A stretch of 64,000 nucleotides of DNA from an uncultured delta proteobacterium. Lineage in GTDB: Bacteria > Desulfobacterota > Binatia > HRBIN30 > BPIQ01. Shown piece by piece: positions 9,426 through 19,871 of this stretch (position 1 is its first letter; each line of letters opens with the position of its first letter). Below the pieces are notes generated by a model. It searched no databases. It was not told where the DNA came from and saw only the letters and a list, made by a program, of their open reading frames with translations. The stretch covers positions 192,001 through 256,000 of the forward strand of contig CAVXGR010000016.1 in assembly GCA_963761335.1 (NCBI GenBank). Reading direction: 5' to 3'. The position numbers were made by a program, and so were the translations under genes.

Positions 9426-10865
9426 ATGGAGACGATCGCCACGGAGCTGCTGTGCGGATTCGACCGGGAGAGTCGTGAGCTGGTCCGCAGCCGCGCGGAA
9501 ATCGCGGCGTGGTTGGCGCTGATCCTGGTGCCCGTGTTCGGCGTCACGGACTACTTTCTCTATCCGACTCACTTTGCGGCGCTGATGTCGCTGAGAATGG
9601 CGTCGGTCGGCTGCAGCGCGGCGATCCTGGTTCTCCTGCGAACCTCCATGGGCTCCCGCTATCCAGCGTATCTGACGATGCTGCTGGCTGCAGAGGTGGG
9701 GATGGCGGTGTGTGGCATGCCCGTCTACTACACCGGCTTCCAGACGCCGCACTACGTCACCCTGTCGCTCTTGATCCTGTCGCTCGCCATTCTGATCCCA
9801 TGGTCGCCGCGTCAGTGCGCGGCGCTCTCCGGCGCGCTCGCCTCGATGTATGTGGTCGCCGCGCTGCTGCACGGGCCGATCAGCGACGTGCAGGCCTTCG
9901 TCACCCAGGTCTCTGCGGTAATCGCCGCCGGCTTGATCGCGGTCATCAGCCTTTCGGTCGCCGAGCGTCTGCGGCGCAGCGAGTTCATGAGCCGCGCCGC
10001 CCTGCAGCGAGCCCTGCAAGAGAAGTCGCGGCTGGTCGACGACCTGCGCGAGAAGACGGTGAAGCTCGAGGCTCTGAACCTGGACATGGAAGACCTGCTC
10101 TACGTCGCCTCGCACGACCTGCGGGCCCCGTTGATCAACGTGCAGGGATTCGCCCGCGAGGTGCAGCTGGGGCTCGCCGACCTGCGCGATCAGGGAATCG
10201 CCAACCCGGAGGCGAAAGTCATCTACGACGACATCGAGGAGTCGCTGCGCTTCATTCTGAGTGCCATCAGCCGCATGGACAGCCTGATCGGCTCGCTGCT
10301 CAACGTCTCTCGCATCGCCACCCGCACCAACCCGTCCGAGCAGGTGGCGCTCTCGCCGATGCTCGAGAAGATCGTCGAGTCCTTTCGCTATCAGCTCGAT
10401 CAAAAGCGCATTGAGCTGCGGGTCGGGGGTCTCCCGGCCGTCACCGGCGATGCCGTTCGCCTGAATCAGGTCTTCAGCAACCTGATCGACAACGCCATCA
10501 AGTTCATGGGGGAGAGCCGTCGCCGCTCCATCGAGATTGGGATCCGCAACGGCCACGCCAACGGCAACGGCGACCGCCGGGGCGGTGAGAGGAGCACGGC
10601 GAACGGCGCCGGCAGCCCGATCTTCTTCGTGCGCGACAGCGGCCCGGGCATTCCCGCAGAGAGTCAGGACACAGTGTTTCGCCTGTTCCGGCGGCTCGGG
10701 TCCACGGTTCCCGGGGAAGGGCTGGGCCTGACGATGGTGCGCAAGATCGTCGAGAAGCACGGCGGGCGGATCTGGATCGAATCGTCCCCGGGCGATGGCG
10801 CGAGCTTCTGTTTCACGTTGCGCAGCGGGGGCGATGCCCCGGCGGAGGAGAGACATGACGAGTGA
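9426..10865 (+). CDS. Multi-TM sensor histidine kinase
   Basis: About 6 TM segments; H-box ASHDLRAPL; N-box QVFSNLIDNAIKF; DSGPGI; GEGLGL. Confidence 0.93.
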   Translation: METIATELLCGFDRESRELVRSRAEIAAWLALILVPVFGVTDYFLYPTHFAALMSLRMASVGCSAAILVLLRTSMGSRYPAYLTMLLAAEVGMAVCGMPVYYTGFQTPHYVTLSLLILSLAILIPWSPRQCAALSGALASMYVVAALLHGPISDVQAFVTQVSAVIAAGLIAVISLSVAERLRRSEFMSRAALQRALQEKSRLVDDLREKTVKLEALNLDMEDLLYVASHDLRAPLINVQGFAREVQLGLADLRDQGIANPEAKVIYDDIEESLRFILSAISRMDSLIGSLLNVSRIATRTNPSEQVALSPMLEKIVESFRYQLDQKRIELRVGGLPAVTGDAVRLNQVFSNLIDNAIKFMGESRRRSIEIGIRNGHANGNGDRRGGERSTANGAGSPIFFVRDSGPGIPAESQDTVFRLFRRLGSTVPGEGLGLTMVRKIVEKHGGRIWIESSPGDGASFCFTLRSGGDAPAEERHDE

Positions 10866-11340
10866 CCGCAAGCCGATTACCATCCTGCTGGTCGAGGACG
10901 ATGACGGCCACGCGCGCCTGCTGGAGCGCAATCTGCGGCGCGGTGGGTTGGTGAATCGCCTGACGCGCGCCAGTGATGGTCAGGAGGCCATGGACTACCT
11001 GCAGCGGGTCGGCGCCTACGGCGACGGCGAAGCCTATCCGACGCCGAGCGTCATCTTCCTGGATGTGTCGATGCCGCGGCTCGACGGCTTCGAGGTCCTG
11101 GAGCGGGTGAAGGGCGATCCCCATCTGCAGACGATCCCGGTGATCATGGTGACCTCGACCGACAATCAGCGGGAGATCGATCGGGCCTATCAGCTCGGCG
11201 CCAACGGCTACGTGGTCAAGCCGGTGAACATGGACTCGTTCATCGACCGCGTCGTCAAGCTGGGCATGTTCGTCGAGCTCATCGAGCTCCCGGAAGCGAG
11301 TCGTGGCAATGGCGCAGCCGCTGGACATCCTGCTGGTTGA
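10855..11340 (+). CDS. Response regulator (Rcp1-like single receiver domain)
   Basis: ILLVEDD...DGQEAMDYL...IFLDVSMPRLDG...VIMVTST...AYQLGANGYVVKP; GGAGGAG SD. Confidence 0.92.
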   Translation: MTSDRKPITILLVEDDDGHARLLERNLRRGGLVNRLTRASDGQEAMDYLQRVGAYGDGEAYPTPSVIFLDVSMPRLDGFEVLERVKGDPHLQTIPVIMVTSTDNQREIDRAYQLGANGYVVKPVNMDSFIDRVVKLGMFVELIELPEASRGNGAAAGHPAG

Positions 11341-12763
11341 GGACGATCCCGGGCAGGCGCGCCTGGCGCAGAGGGCGCTGCGCCGGTCCGGCCTCGACTG
11401 CGAGTGGGTGGAGACGGCGGCCGCGTGCCGCGCGCGTGTCGGCGACACCAGCCCGTCCATCGTCCTGCTGGATCGCAACCTGCCCGACGGCGATGGCCTG
11501 GAGCTACTGCCCGAGCTGCGAGCGCGCCGCCCGGACCTCTGCGTGATCATGCTCACCGGTGCCGACGATCTCGGCGTCGCGGTGCGCGCCATGCGCTCCG
11601 GCGCCTCGGACTACCTGCTCAAGAGACCCGACCTCTCGCACCTGGACGACCTGCCCCTGGTCATCGAGAGGAACTTCGAACGGCTCAACCTGCGCCGCGA
11701 GCGCGAGGGGCTGTTCGCCGCCGTGCGCTCCTCCGAGGAGCGCTATCGCGAGCTCTTCGACAACGCCTCCGACCTGATCGTCGTCTGCGACGCCACCGGG
11801 ATGATCCAGACCGTCAACCGCGCCTTCGAGGAGATGACCGGTATGTCGCGCCGGGACGCCGAGGGGCGCAATCTGGGTCTTTTCTTCGCACCGTCCAGCC
11901 CGGTGCGGGCCGAGGCGGTGCGCGAGCGCACCCTGTCCGCCGGCCAGGCAGTGACCTTCGAGGTGCACCTGCGTCGCGGCGAGGAGCCGCCCGCGGTCGT
12001 CGAGCTGCGCAGTCGCCCGATCGTCGAAGACGGCTGTCTGCGCGGCTTTCAGGCGGTCGGGCGCGACATCAGCGAGAAGCGGCGCATGGAGGAGATGAAG
12101 GCCGATTTTCTCGCCATGATCACCCACGACATGAAGAACCCGGTGAGTGTGATCGTCGGCTATTCGGAGATCCTGCTGAACGACATCTGCCCGTCGAGCG
12201 GGTGCCGGGACATGCTGGTGAGCATCGACTCGAGCGCTCGCGGACTCCTACACCTCATCCTCAATTTCCTCGATCTTTCGCGCATCGAGGCCGGGGCGCT
12301 GCGTCTCAACCTGGTCCCCACCGTGCTCAACGACATTCTGCGCCAGGTGATCGATTACGAGACGCCTCTGGCGCGCGCCAAGAGGATCGACATCCGCGAG
12401 ACGTTTGAGCCGCTGCCGGCGGTCAACGGGGATCGCCTGCAGCTCGACCGGGTGTTCGTCAACCTCATCGGCAACGCCATCAAGTTCACCCCGGCGGGCG
12501 GACAGGTGGCGGTGCGCACGCACGCCATCAACGGCTCGGTATGGGTGGAGGTGAGCGACAACGGCCCGGGCATTCCCGCCAACCAGATCCCGCATCTCTT
12601 CGGCAAGTACCAGCGTCTGTCGCAGACGGCGCAGACCACCGACGGCACCGGCCTCGGCCTCTTCATCGCCAAGTCGATGATCGACGCCCATGGCGGCGTG
12701 GTGCGCGTCGAGAGCCAGCCGGGAGCCGGTGCCACCTTCGTGGTCGAGCTTCCGATTCTCTGA
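11309..12763 (+). CDS. Hybrid REC-PAS-HisKA-HATPase kinase
   Basis: N-terminal receiver (ILLVEDD, LLDRNLPDGDG), PAS (YRELFDNASD...VNRAFEEMTG...GRDISE), THDMKNP H-box, NLIGNAIKF, DNGPGI, GTGLGL. Confidence 0.93.
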   Translation: MAQPLDILLVEDDPGQARLAQRALRRSGLDCEWVETAAACRARVGDTSPSIVLLDRNLPDGDGLELLPELRARRPDLCVIMLTGADDLGVAVRAMRSGASDYLLKRPDLSHLDDLPLVIERNFERLNLRREREGLFAAVRSSEERYRELFDNASDLIVVCDATGMIQTVNRAFEEMTGMSRRDAEGRNLGLFFAPSSPVRAEAVRERTLSAGQAVTFEVHLRRGEEPPAVVELRSRPIVEDGCLRGFQAVGRDISEKRRMEEMKADFLAMITHDMKNPVSVIVGYSEILLNDICPSSGCRDMLVSIDSSARGLLHLILNFLDLSRIEAGALRLNLVPTVLNDILRQVIDYETPLARAKRIDIRETFEPLPAVNGDRLQLDRVFVNLIGNAIKFTPAGGQVAVRTHAINGSVWVEVSDNGPGIPANQIPHLFGKYQRLSQTAQTTDGTGLGLFIAKSMIDAHGGVVRVESQPGAGATFVVELPIL

Positions 12764-12819
12764 GCCGCGGCGTATGCTGCGGGCGTGACGGAACGGCTCA
12801 GCAGGAGCTTCGCCCTCCC

Positions 12820-13296
12820 GTGAAGCGGCGCAGCCCCGTGCAGATTGCGGTGATTGGCGCAGGTGCGGCCGGGGAAGAGGGCTTGGCCTTGGCGGCCGAG
12901 GTGGGCGCGGAGCTGGCGCGGCGCGGTGCCGTCGTGGTCTGCGGCGGCCGCGGCGGCATCATGGAAGCGGTCGCCCGCGGCGCCTCGCAAGCCGGGGGCC
13001 TCAGTGTCGGCATCCTGCCGAGCTACGACTGGAGAGAGGCGAACCCGCACCTGAGCATCGTCCTTCCCACCGGCCTCGGCCAGGCGCGCAACGCCGTCGT
13101 GGTCGCCGCCGCGCATGCGGTGATCGCCTTCGCGGGCGAAGGGGGCACGATGTCCGAAGTCGGCCTGGCGCTGAAGCTGGGTCGCCCGGTGATCGGCCTG
13201 CGGGCCTGGGGACACGTGCACGGAGTGGTCGCCGTCGACGACCCGATCACCGCCGTGGAGGCGGCGCTCGCCTGTGCCGCCTCCTCCGCCGGCTGA
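12820..13296 (+). CDS. TIGR00725/LOG-like Rossmann-fold nucleotide-binding protein
   Basis: IAVIGA...VVCGGRGGIMEA...VGILP...TGLGQARN...GGTMSEVGLALK. Confidence 0.85.
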   Translation: MKRRSPVQIAVIGAGAAGEEGLALAAEVGAELARRGAVVVCGGRGGIMEAVARGASQAGGLSVGILPSYDWREANPHLSIVLPTGLGQARNAVVVAAAHAVIAFAGEGGTMSEVGLALKLGRPVIGLRAWGHVHGVVAVDDPITAVEAALACAASSAG

Positions 13297-13301
13297 GCCG
13301 C

Positions 13302-14039
13302 TCAGAGCTGGCGCGGCGTCGTGCCGCGCATCTCGCGCCGGCCCTTGCGCAGCACGGGGATGGCCATGATGCGCTCTTCCCCGAGGATCTCCCAGAGAAC
13401 GCCCCGCGGGCGCGGGTGCAGGCTGGGTGCGGCGATCACCTGCTCCGGAGTGACGAGGAAGTCGACCGGGGTGTCATGGCTGCGCATCGGGATGCGCTCC
13501 TCGATCAGCTGCAGCGGGTGAATGGTCGTGAGGATGGGCGTGTACTCGCGCACCTTGCCCTCCTTGCGCAGCAGAGCGTACTCGAGGTCGCCGTAGCCGC
13601 CGCCGCGGCCGACGCGGGCGCCCTGGCGGGTGACCGCCACCGAGCCCACGACGATCAGGTCGACGGGACGCATCTCCTGCGGCGCCACCACGCGTCCGTA
13701 GCGCATGGCCCCGCGGATGCTGCCGACGCGTTGCGCGCGCAGCGGGCCGAGCTTCTCCGGATCGAGCTCGATGAAGCACTTCTCCGCCTGCAGGCGCGGC
13801 ACGGCGAGGTAGACGATCTTTCCCTCGAGGAGCGCCGCTCGCCGTACCGGGAGCTGCGGCGCGTCCGAGCTGATCTTGATCGCCTTGGCGCGCTTCCAGA
13901 TGGTCAGCTCGCGCAGCAGGGCGGTGGCGCGCTGGCTGCCGACGAAATTCGGGACCCGTCCATCGGTTGCGGGAAAGCAGATGGCCGCGGACGTCTGCAT
14001 TCGCGACCAGACCCGATGCCGGATTTCGTCTTTCGTCAT
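13302..14039 (-). CDS. 5-formyltetrahydrofolate cyclo-ligase family protein (MTHFSD/archaeal-type paralogue)
   Basis: K.EIR..VW..M, GRVPNFVG, DAPQ..VR, VDLIVVGSVAV...GARVGRGGGYGDLEY, TTIHPLQ, HDTPVD. Confidence 0.85.
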   Translation of the reverse strand: MTKDEIRHRVWSRMQTSAAICFPATDGRVPNFVGSQRATALLRELTIWKRAKAIKISSDAPQLPVRRAALLEGKIVYLAVPRLQAEKCFIELDPEKLGPLRAQRVGSIRGAMRYGRVVAPQEMRPVDLIVVGSVAVTRQGARVGRGGGYGDLEYALLRKEGKVREYTPILTTIHPLQLIEERIPMRSHDTPVDFLVTPEQVIAAPSLHPRPRGVLWEILGEERIMAIPVLRKGRREMRGTTPRQL

Positions 14040-14141
14040 GGGAATCACCGCGTGAACATCAACGCACGCCGTGGATGTTTGGTCGGTACTACAACGTCGA
14101 ACCGGAAGTCAACGCGTTTCACTGGGCGCGCGCGCCGCCGT

Positions 14142-15014
14142 TCACGAAGGCGCGTCGGCGGCGGGATCGGCGGCGTCCGCTTCGGCGGCGTCGACGATGC
14201 GATGGGCGAAGACGATGAAGCCGGTGTGTCCGACCATGCGGTGCTCCGGGCGGATGCTCAGCTCCTTGACGTGCCAGAAGCGCACCCAGGTCTCCATCGC
14301 TTCGACGCGCGCGAAGCCGCCGTGCTGGCGCAGGCGGTCGACGAGCTGCTTTACTTGCAGCACCGTGGGTAGGTAGCCGACGAGAATGCCGCCGGGCCGC
14401 AGGCTGCGGGCCACCACCTCGAGCAGGCGCCACGGCTCGGCGATGTCGAGGAGAATGCGGTCGACGCCGGTCTCCGTGAAGCCGTCGAAGGCATCGGCGA
14501 GGTGCACCGTCCAGTTGGGGGCGGCGCCATGAAAGCGCTGGATGTTCTCCTGCGCCATGCGCACGAACTCCTCGCGCGCCTCGTAGGAGATCACCCGTCC
14601 ACCGCCGCCGACGGCGCGCAGCAGCGCCATGGTCAACGCCCCCGGTCCGCAGCCGACCTCGATGACCGTGGCCCCGGGATAGACGTCGCCCCACAGCAGG
14701 ATCGGGCCGATGTCCTTCGGGTAGATTACCTGGGCGCGCCGCGGCAGATTGGGTACCAGGTGCGCGAAGCTCGGCCGCAGCATGAGGTAGGGCTCGCCGG
14801 CGGTGTTGTGCACCAGCGAGCCCTCGAGCATACCGATCAGCTGGTCCGCCTGCATGGTGCCGTTGCGGAGGTGAACGCGGCCGCCCGGCTTGAGGGTGCG
14901 CAGGTACTCGCGATCCTTGCGATCGATGAACAGGATCGAGTCTCCGGCGCGCAGGCGTGCGGCCTCATTCGGATCGCTCCTTTCGGGTGGAGTGGAGAGC
15001 TCGGGGGCGTCCAT
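14142..15014 (-). CDS. trmI: tRNA (adenine58-N1)-methyltransferase
   Basis: LPRRAQVIYPKD, EVGCGPGALT, SYEAREEF, DRILLDIAEPW, YLPTVLQV, IRPEHRMVGHTGF: GCD14/TrmI signature. Confidence 0.93.
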   Translation of the reverse strand: MDAPELSTPPERSDPNEAARLRAGDSILFIDRKDREYLRTLKPGGRVHLRNGTMQADQLIGMLEGSLVHNTAGEPYLMLRPSFAHLVPNLPRRAQVIYPKDIGPILLWGDVYPGATVIEVGCGPGALTMALLRAVGGGGRVISYEAREEFVRMAQENIQRFHGAAPNWTVHLADAFDGFTETGVDRILLDIAEPWRLLEVVARSLRPGGILVGYLPTVLQVKQLVDRLRQHGGFARVEAMETWVRFWHVKELSIRPEHRMVGHTGFIVFAHRIVDAAEADAADPAADAPS

Positions 15015-15060
15015 GATCGTCGGCAGAGATCTCGGCTGCAGGGAGGCGGTGCGCCGCGGC

Positions 15061-15975
15061 TCAACGAGCCGCGGCGGCGCGCCGCCGTTCGGCGCTGCCG
15101 AGGAGACCGCAGAAGGAGCACACGTCGCCGTAGGACGCCATGCCGCAGCGGCTACAGCTACCGCCCGGCGACTCCTCGAGCTTGGCGAAGGCCGGGCGGC
15201 CGGAGCGCAGGAACTCCTGCACGAAGGCCAGCTTGGTTCCCGGCGACGCGGCCTCCAGCCGATTGAGAACGTCTTTGTAGACCAGCTGCGTGGCCCCGAC
15301 GCTGTTGGGGCACTCCTCGACGATGTAGTCGATGCCGCGCAGGAAGGCGTAGACGGCGGTCTCGTACTCGGTCACCCGGAACAGCGGCTTGACCTTGCGG
15401 GCGAATTTCTCGTGGGTGGGCATCAGCACCGGTGCTTGCTTGCCGAGGTGACCGACCTGCCAGTGGAGAACGTTGCCGAGCAGTCGCGCCGCCTCGTCGT
15501 CGAGGTTGTGTCCGGTCGCCAGGACCGGGAACCCGTGATCGTTCGCCACCTTGTCGAAGTAATGGCGTTTGGCGGTGCCGCAGGCGGCGCAGGCCGGACG
15601 GCGGGTGGCGGCCGCCAGATCCGGAACCGCGGCGCCTTCCTCGGCGAGCGGCACGGTGATCAGGCGCAGCTCCCTCTGGCGGGCGAACTGCTCGGTCTTC
15701 TCGGTCGAGGCGCGCGAGTACTCGCCGATGCCCAGCGAGAGGTGCAAGCCGGTGGTGCGATAGCCGAGCCGCAGGAGCACGTCCCACAAGGCGAGGCTGT
15801 CTTTGCCGCCGGAGACCGCCACCAGGATCTCCTCCTCCTGGATGAACATGCGCTCCTTGTGCACGGAGCGCTCCACCTGTCTCTCGAAGAAGAGAAGGAA
15901 GCACGAGCGGCAGAAGTTCGAATGGTGATGCCGGAGCTGGACGATCGCCTTCTCGCGGCAGCGGGTGCACTTCAT
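15061..15975 (-). CDS. ttuA: tRNA m5U54 2-sulfurtransferase (TtuA/TIGR00269)
   Basis: N- and C-terminal Zn fingers (CTRC...FCRSC; CSRCG...CSFC), PP-loop SGGKDS, CAACG..KR, TGHNLDDEA, ECPN; resembles Thermus TtuA. Confidence 0.88.
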   Translation of the reverse strand: MKCTRCREKAIVQLRHHHSNFCRSCFLLFFERQVERSVHKERMFIQEEEILVAVSGGKDSLALWDVLLRLGYRTTGLHLSLGIGEYSRASTEKTEQFARQRELRLITVPLAEEGAAVPDLAAATRRPACAACGTAKRHYFDKVANDHGFPVLATGHNLDDEAARLLGNVLHWQVGHLGKQAPVLMPTHEKFARKVKPLFRVTEYETAVYAFLRGIDYIVEECPNSVGATQLVYKDVLNRLEAASPGTKLAFVQEFLRSGRPAFAKLEESPGGSCSRCGMASYGDVCSFCGLLGSAERRRAAAAR

Positions 15976-16009
15976 GGTTCTCAGGACTCGGCTGGCCTGG
16001 TGTGGGCGG

Positions 16010-16204
16010 CTAGCCTCCGGAGATGACGGAACGGATCTCGACGGAGTCGTCGGGCTCGAGGACGTCCTCCTCGCAGATGAGCTCGTCGTTGCGAATGACC
16101 ATCACGGTGCCGGAGAGCAGGCCCAGGCGGCGCAGGACAGTGCCGACGCGGTGGCGTCCGGCGATTTCGATTTCGCGGCGCTGCGGCAGAAAGGTGATGC
16201 GCAT
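16010..16204 (-). CDS. ttuB: Ubiquitin-like sulfur carrier protein (TtuB/ThiS/MoaD family)
   Basis: 64 aa ending ISGG, directly upstream of ttuA. Confidence 0.85.
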   Translation of the reverse strand: MRITFLPQRREIEIAGRHRVGTVLRRLGLLSGTVMVIRNDELICEEDVLEPDDSVEIRSVISGG

Positions 16205-16211
16205 GCCGGCG

Positions 16212-16240
16212 ACCATAGGGAAAAGGGGATGGGGAGTCAA
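16212..16240 (-). promoter_or_regulatory. sigma70-type promoter for a probably leaderless ttuB transcript
   Basis: Minus strand TTGACT-N17-TATGGT, then 7 nt to the ATG at 16204; no SD. Confidence 0.7.
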
Positions 16241-16350
16241 CGCGCCTCGGTGCCCGGTCAGGGTCTCCGGGGGAGACTGCGCGCGGCCCTCCGCAGCCTC
16301 GCGGAGGGCGTACTAACCTACGGAGTTGGCGGCATTTTTCCCGCTGGCGG

Positions 16351-16379
16351 TTGATTTCCCCAGGGGTCTCGGTTACACG
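16351..16379 (+). promoter_or_regulatory. Putative lysS operon promoter
   Basis: TTGATT-N17-TACACG, ending 32 nt upstream of the lysS start. Confidence 0.5.
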
Positions 16380-16411
16380 CACAACGACGCGACACAAGGG
16401 CTCCCCTCTCC

Positions 16412-17926
16412 GTGGACAACGATGCCTCAGATTTGATCGCGGCGCGCCGCCGCAAGCTGGAAGAGCTGCGCCATCGCGGCGTCGATCCGTACCCGAATCG
16501 CTTCCGCCCGTCGCATACGGCGCAGGAGGTGCTGGATCGGTACCAGAGCGTCTCGCGTGAGAGCCTCGAGAGCGGCGCCGACGTGGTTCGTCTGGCCGGG
16601 CGCGTCGTCGGCCTGCGCGACTTCGGACGTGCCAGCTTCCTGCACCTGCAGGACCGCAGCGGGCGTATCCAGGCCTACGTCAAACGCGACGCCGTCGGCG
16701 AGGAGGCTTTCGCGATCTTCAAGAGCGTCGACCTGGGCGACTTCCTTGGCATTGAAGGGCGGCCCTTTCGCACCAAGACGAACGAGTTGACGGTCGAGGT
16801 GCAACGGCTCGAGCTGCTCACCAAGTCTCTGCGGCCGCTGCCGGAGAAGTGGCACGGCTTGACCGATACCGAGGCGCGCTATCGCCAGCGCTACCTCGAC
16901 CTCGTCGCCAATGCCGAGGTTCGCCGCACCTTTCAGGTGCGCGCCCGCGTCCTCCAGGAGATTCGCTCGTTCTTCCTGCGGCAGGAGTACGTCGAGGTGG
17001 AGACGCCGACCATGCAGGTGATCGCCGGCGGCGCCGCGGCGCGGCCGTTCGTCACCCATCACAACGCGCTCGACATGGACCTCTACCTGCGCATCGCCCC
17101 GGAGCTGTACCTCAAGCGCCTGCTGGTGGGTGGTCTGGAGCGCGTCTTCGAGATTGCCCGCGTCTTCCGCAACGAGGGTGTCTCCACCCAGCACAATCCC
17201 GAATTCACCATGCTCGAGTTCTACCAGGCCTACGCCACCTACGAGGATATGATGCAGCTCACCGAGGAGCTGATCGTCCTGCTGGCGCGCCAGGTCGCCG
17301 GAGGGTTGCAGATCCCCTATGGCGGGCACACACTCGACTTCAGTCCGCCGTGGCGGCGGCTGTCGATTCCGGAGTATGTTGCCGAGCGCACCGGCCTGTC
17401 GCGCGACGCGGTCCTGGCCATGGACGTGCTCGCCCTGCGCCAGGCGGCCGAGACTGCCGGTATCCGCCTCACCAAGAGCTACGAGGAGCAGTACGGGGAG
17501 GAGGCCGGCGGCGTTCTTCTCACCGACCTGTTCGAGGCGCTGGCGGAGCCGGAGCTGATCCAACCGACCTTCGTCTACCAGTATCCGGTAGCCGTCTCGC
17601 CGCTCGCCCGGCGCAATGCCGAGCGCCCAGAGTTCGTCGACCGCTTCGAGCTCTTCATCGCCGGCCGCGAGATCGCCAACGCCTTCTCCGAGCTCAACGA
17701 TCCGGACGACCAGCGGCGCCGCTTCGAGGAGCAGCTGCGCGCCCGCGCCGCCGGCGACGTCGAGGCCCATGCCATGGACGAGGACTACGTCCGCGCCCTC
17801 GAGCACGGCATGCCGCCGGCGGCCGGCGAGGGCATCGGCATCGACCGGCTGGTGATGCTGCTGACCAACTCCCCCTCCATTCGCGACGTGATCCTGTTTC
17901 CGCACCTGCGTCCGGAGCAGCGCTGA
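16412..17926 (+). CDS. lysS: Lysine--tRNA ligase (class II)
   Basis: OB fold, [46 protein letters not shown]...[15 protein letters not shown]. Confidence 0.98.
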   Translation: MDNDASDLIAARRRKLEELRHRGVDPYPNRFRPSHTAQEVLDRYQSVSRESLESGADVVRLAGRVVGLRDFGRASFLHLQDRSGRIQAYVKRDAVGEEAFAIFKSVDLGDFLGIEGRPFRTKTNELTVEVQRLELLTKSLRPLPEKWHGLTDTEARYRQRYLDLVANAEVRRTFQVRARVLQEIRSFFLRQEYVEVETPTMQVIAGGAAARPFVTHHNALDMDLYLRIAPELYLKRLLVGGLERVFEIARVFRNEGVSTQHNPEFTMLEFYQAYATYEDMMQLTEELIVLLARQVAGGLQIPYGGHTLDFSPPWRRLSIPEYVAERTGLSRDAVLAMDVLALRQAAETAGIRLTKSYEEQYGEEAGGVLLTDLFEALAEPELIQPTFVYQYPVAVSPLARRNAERPEFVDRFELFIAGREIANAFSELNDPDDQRRRFEEQLRARAAGDVEAHAMDEDYVRALEHGMPPAAGEGIGIDRLVMLLTNSPSIRDVILFPHLRPEQR

Positions 17927-17949
17927 GCCGTGGACTAGCGGAACGGCGA

Positions 17950-19198
<1,249 letters not shown>

Positions 19199-19206
<8 letters not shown>

Positions 19207-19870
19207 GCCGCTGATCGCAGCGGTCGATCTGAGCAAGGTCTATGCAGACGGCGACCGCGTCGAAGTTCTCGATCACCTCGATCTGTCAGTCGAGGCAGGC
19301 GAAAAGGTGGCCATCGTGGGGGAGTCGGGAGTGGGCAAGAGCACGTTGCTGCATCTGCTCGGGGCGCTGGACTATCCCACGGGAGGTCGCGTGCTGTTCG
19401 GCGGTGCCGACATCTTCGCCCTGGACGAGAAGCATCAGGCCGCCTTTCGCAACACCGAGATCGGCTTCGTCTTCCAGCTTCACCACCTTCTCCCGGACTT
19501 CTCCGCCCTGGAGAACGTCATGATGCCGGCTCTGGTGGCGCGCTGGGCGTGGGACAAGGCCGAGCGGCAGGCGCGCCGGGTGCTGGAGAGGGTCGGGCTC
19601 GGGCACCGATTGGAGCACCGCCCCGGCGAGCTCTCCGGCGGCGAGCAGCAGCGGGTTGCAGTGGCGCGAGCCGTAGTGCTATCCCCGCGCGCGATTCTGG
19701 CAGATGAGCCCACCGGCAATCTCGATCCGGTGACGGGGGAGGGCGTGCATCAGCTGCTGATCGAGCTGAACCGAGAGCACGGCATTACACTGGTGATCGT
19801 AACCCACAACGAACGTCTGGCAGCGCAGATGGACCGATCGCTGCATCTGGTGGCGGGGAAGGTGCGTTGA
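19199..19870 (+). CDS. lolD: Lipoprotein-releasing ABC transporter ATPase
   Basis: [45 protein letters not shown]. Confidence 0.93.
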
Positions 19871-19871
19871 G

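Noticed and set aside
14040..14141. 6S RNA upstream of the 5-formyl-THF cyclo-ligase gene (ssrS-ygfA synteny)
   Set aside because: The gap is only ~100 bp, too short for 6S RNA, and the gene is the MTHFSD-type paralogue.
15061..15975. TtcA or TilS assignment
   Set aside because: Zn fingers at both ends and the adjacent GG-ending sulfur carrier fit TtuA; TilS-specific C-terminal domains are absent.
16849..17949. 785-aa ORF suggesting a lysS/lolE overlap or frameshift fusion
   Set aside because: The upstream part is an Arg/Gly-rich off-frame read of lysS; LolE homology starts at ATG 17950. The same applies to the extended ORFs for lpxA, lpxB, lpxK, rfaE1 and mutL.
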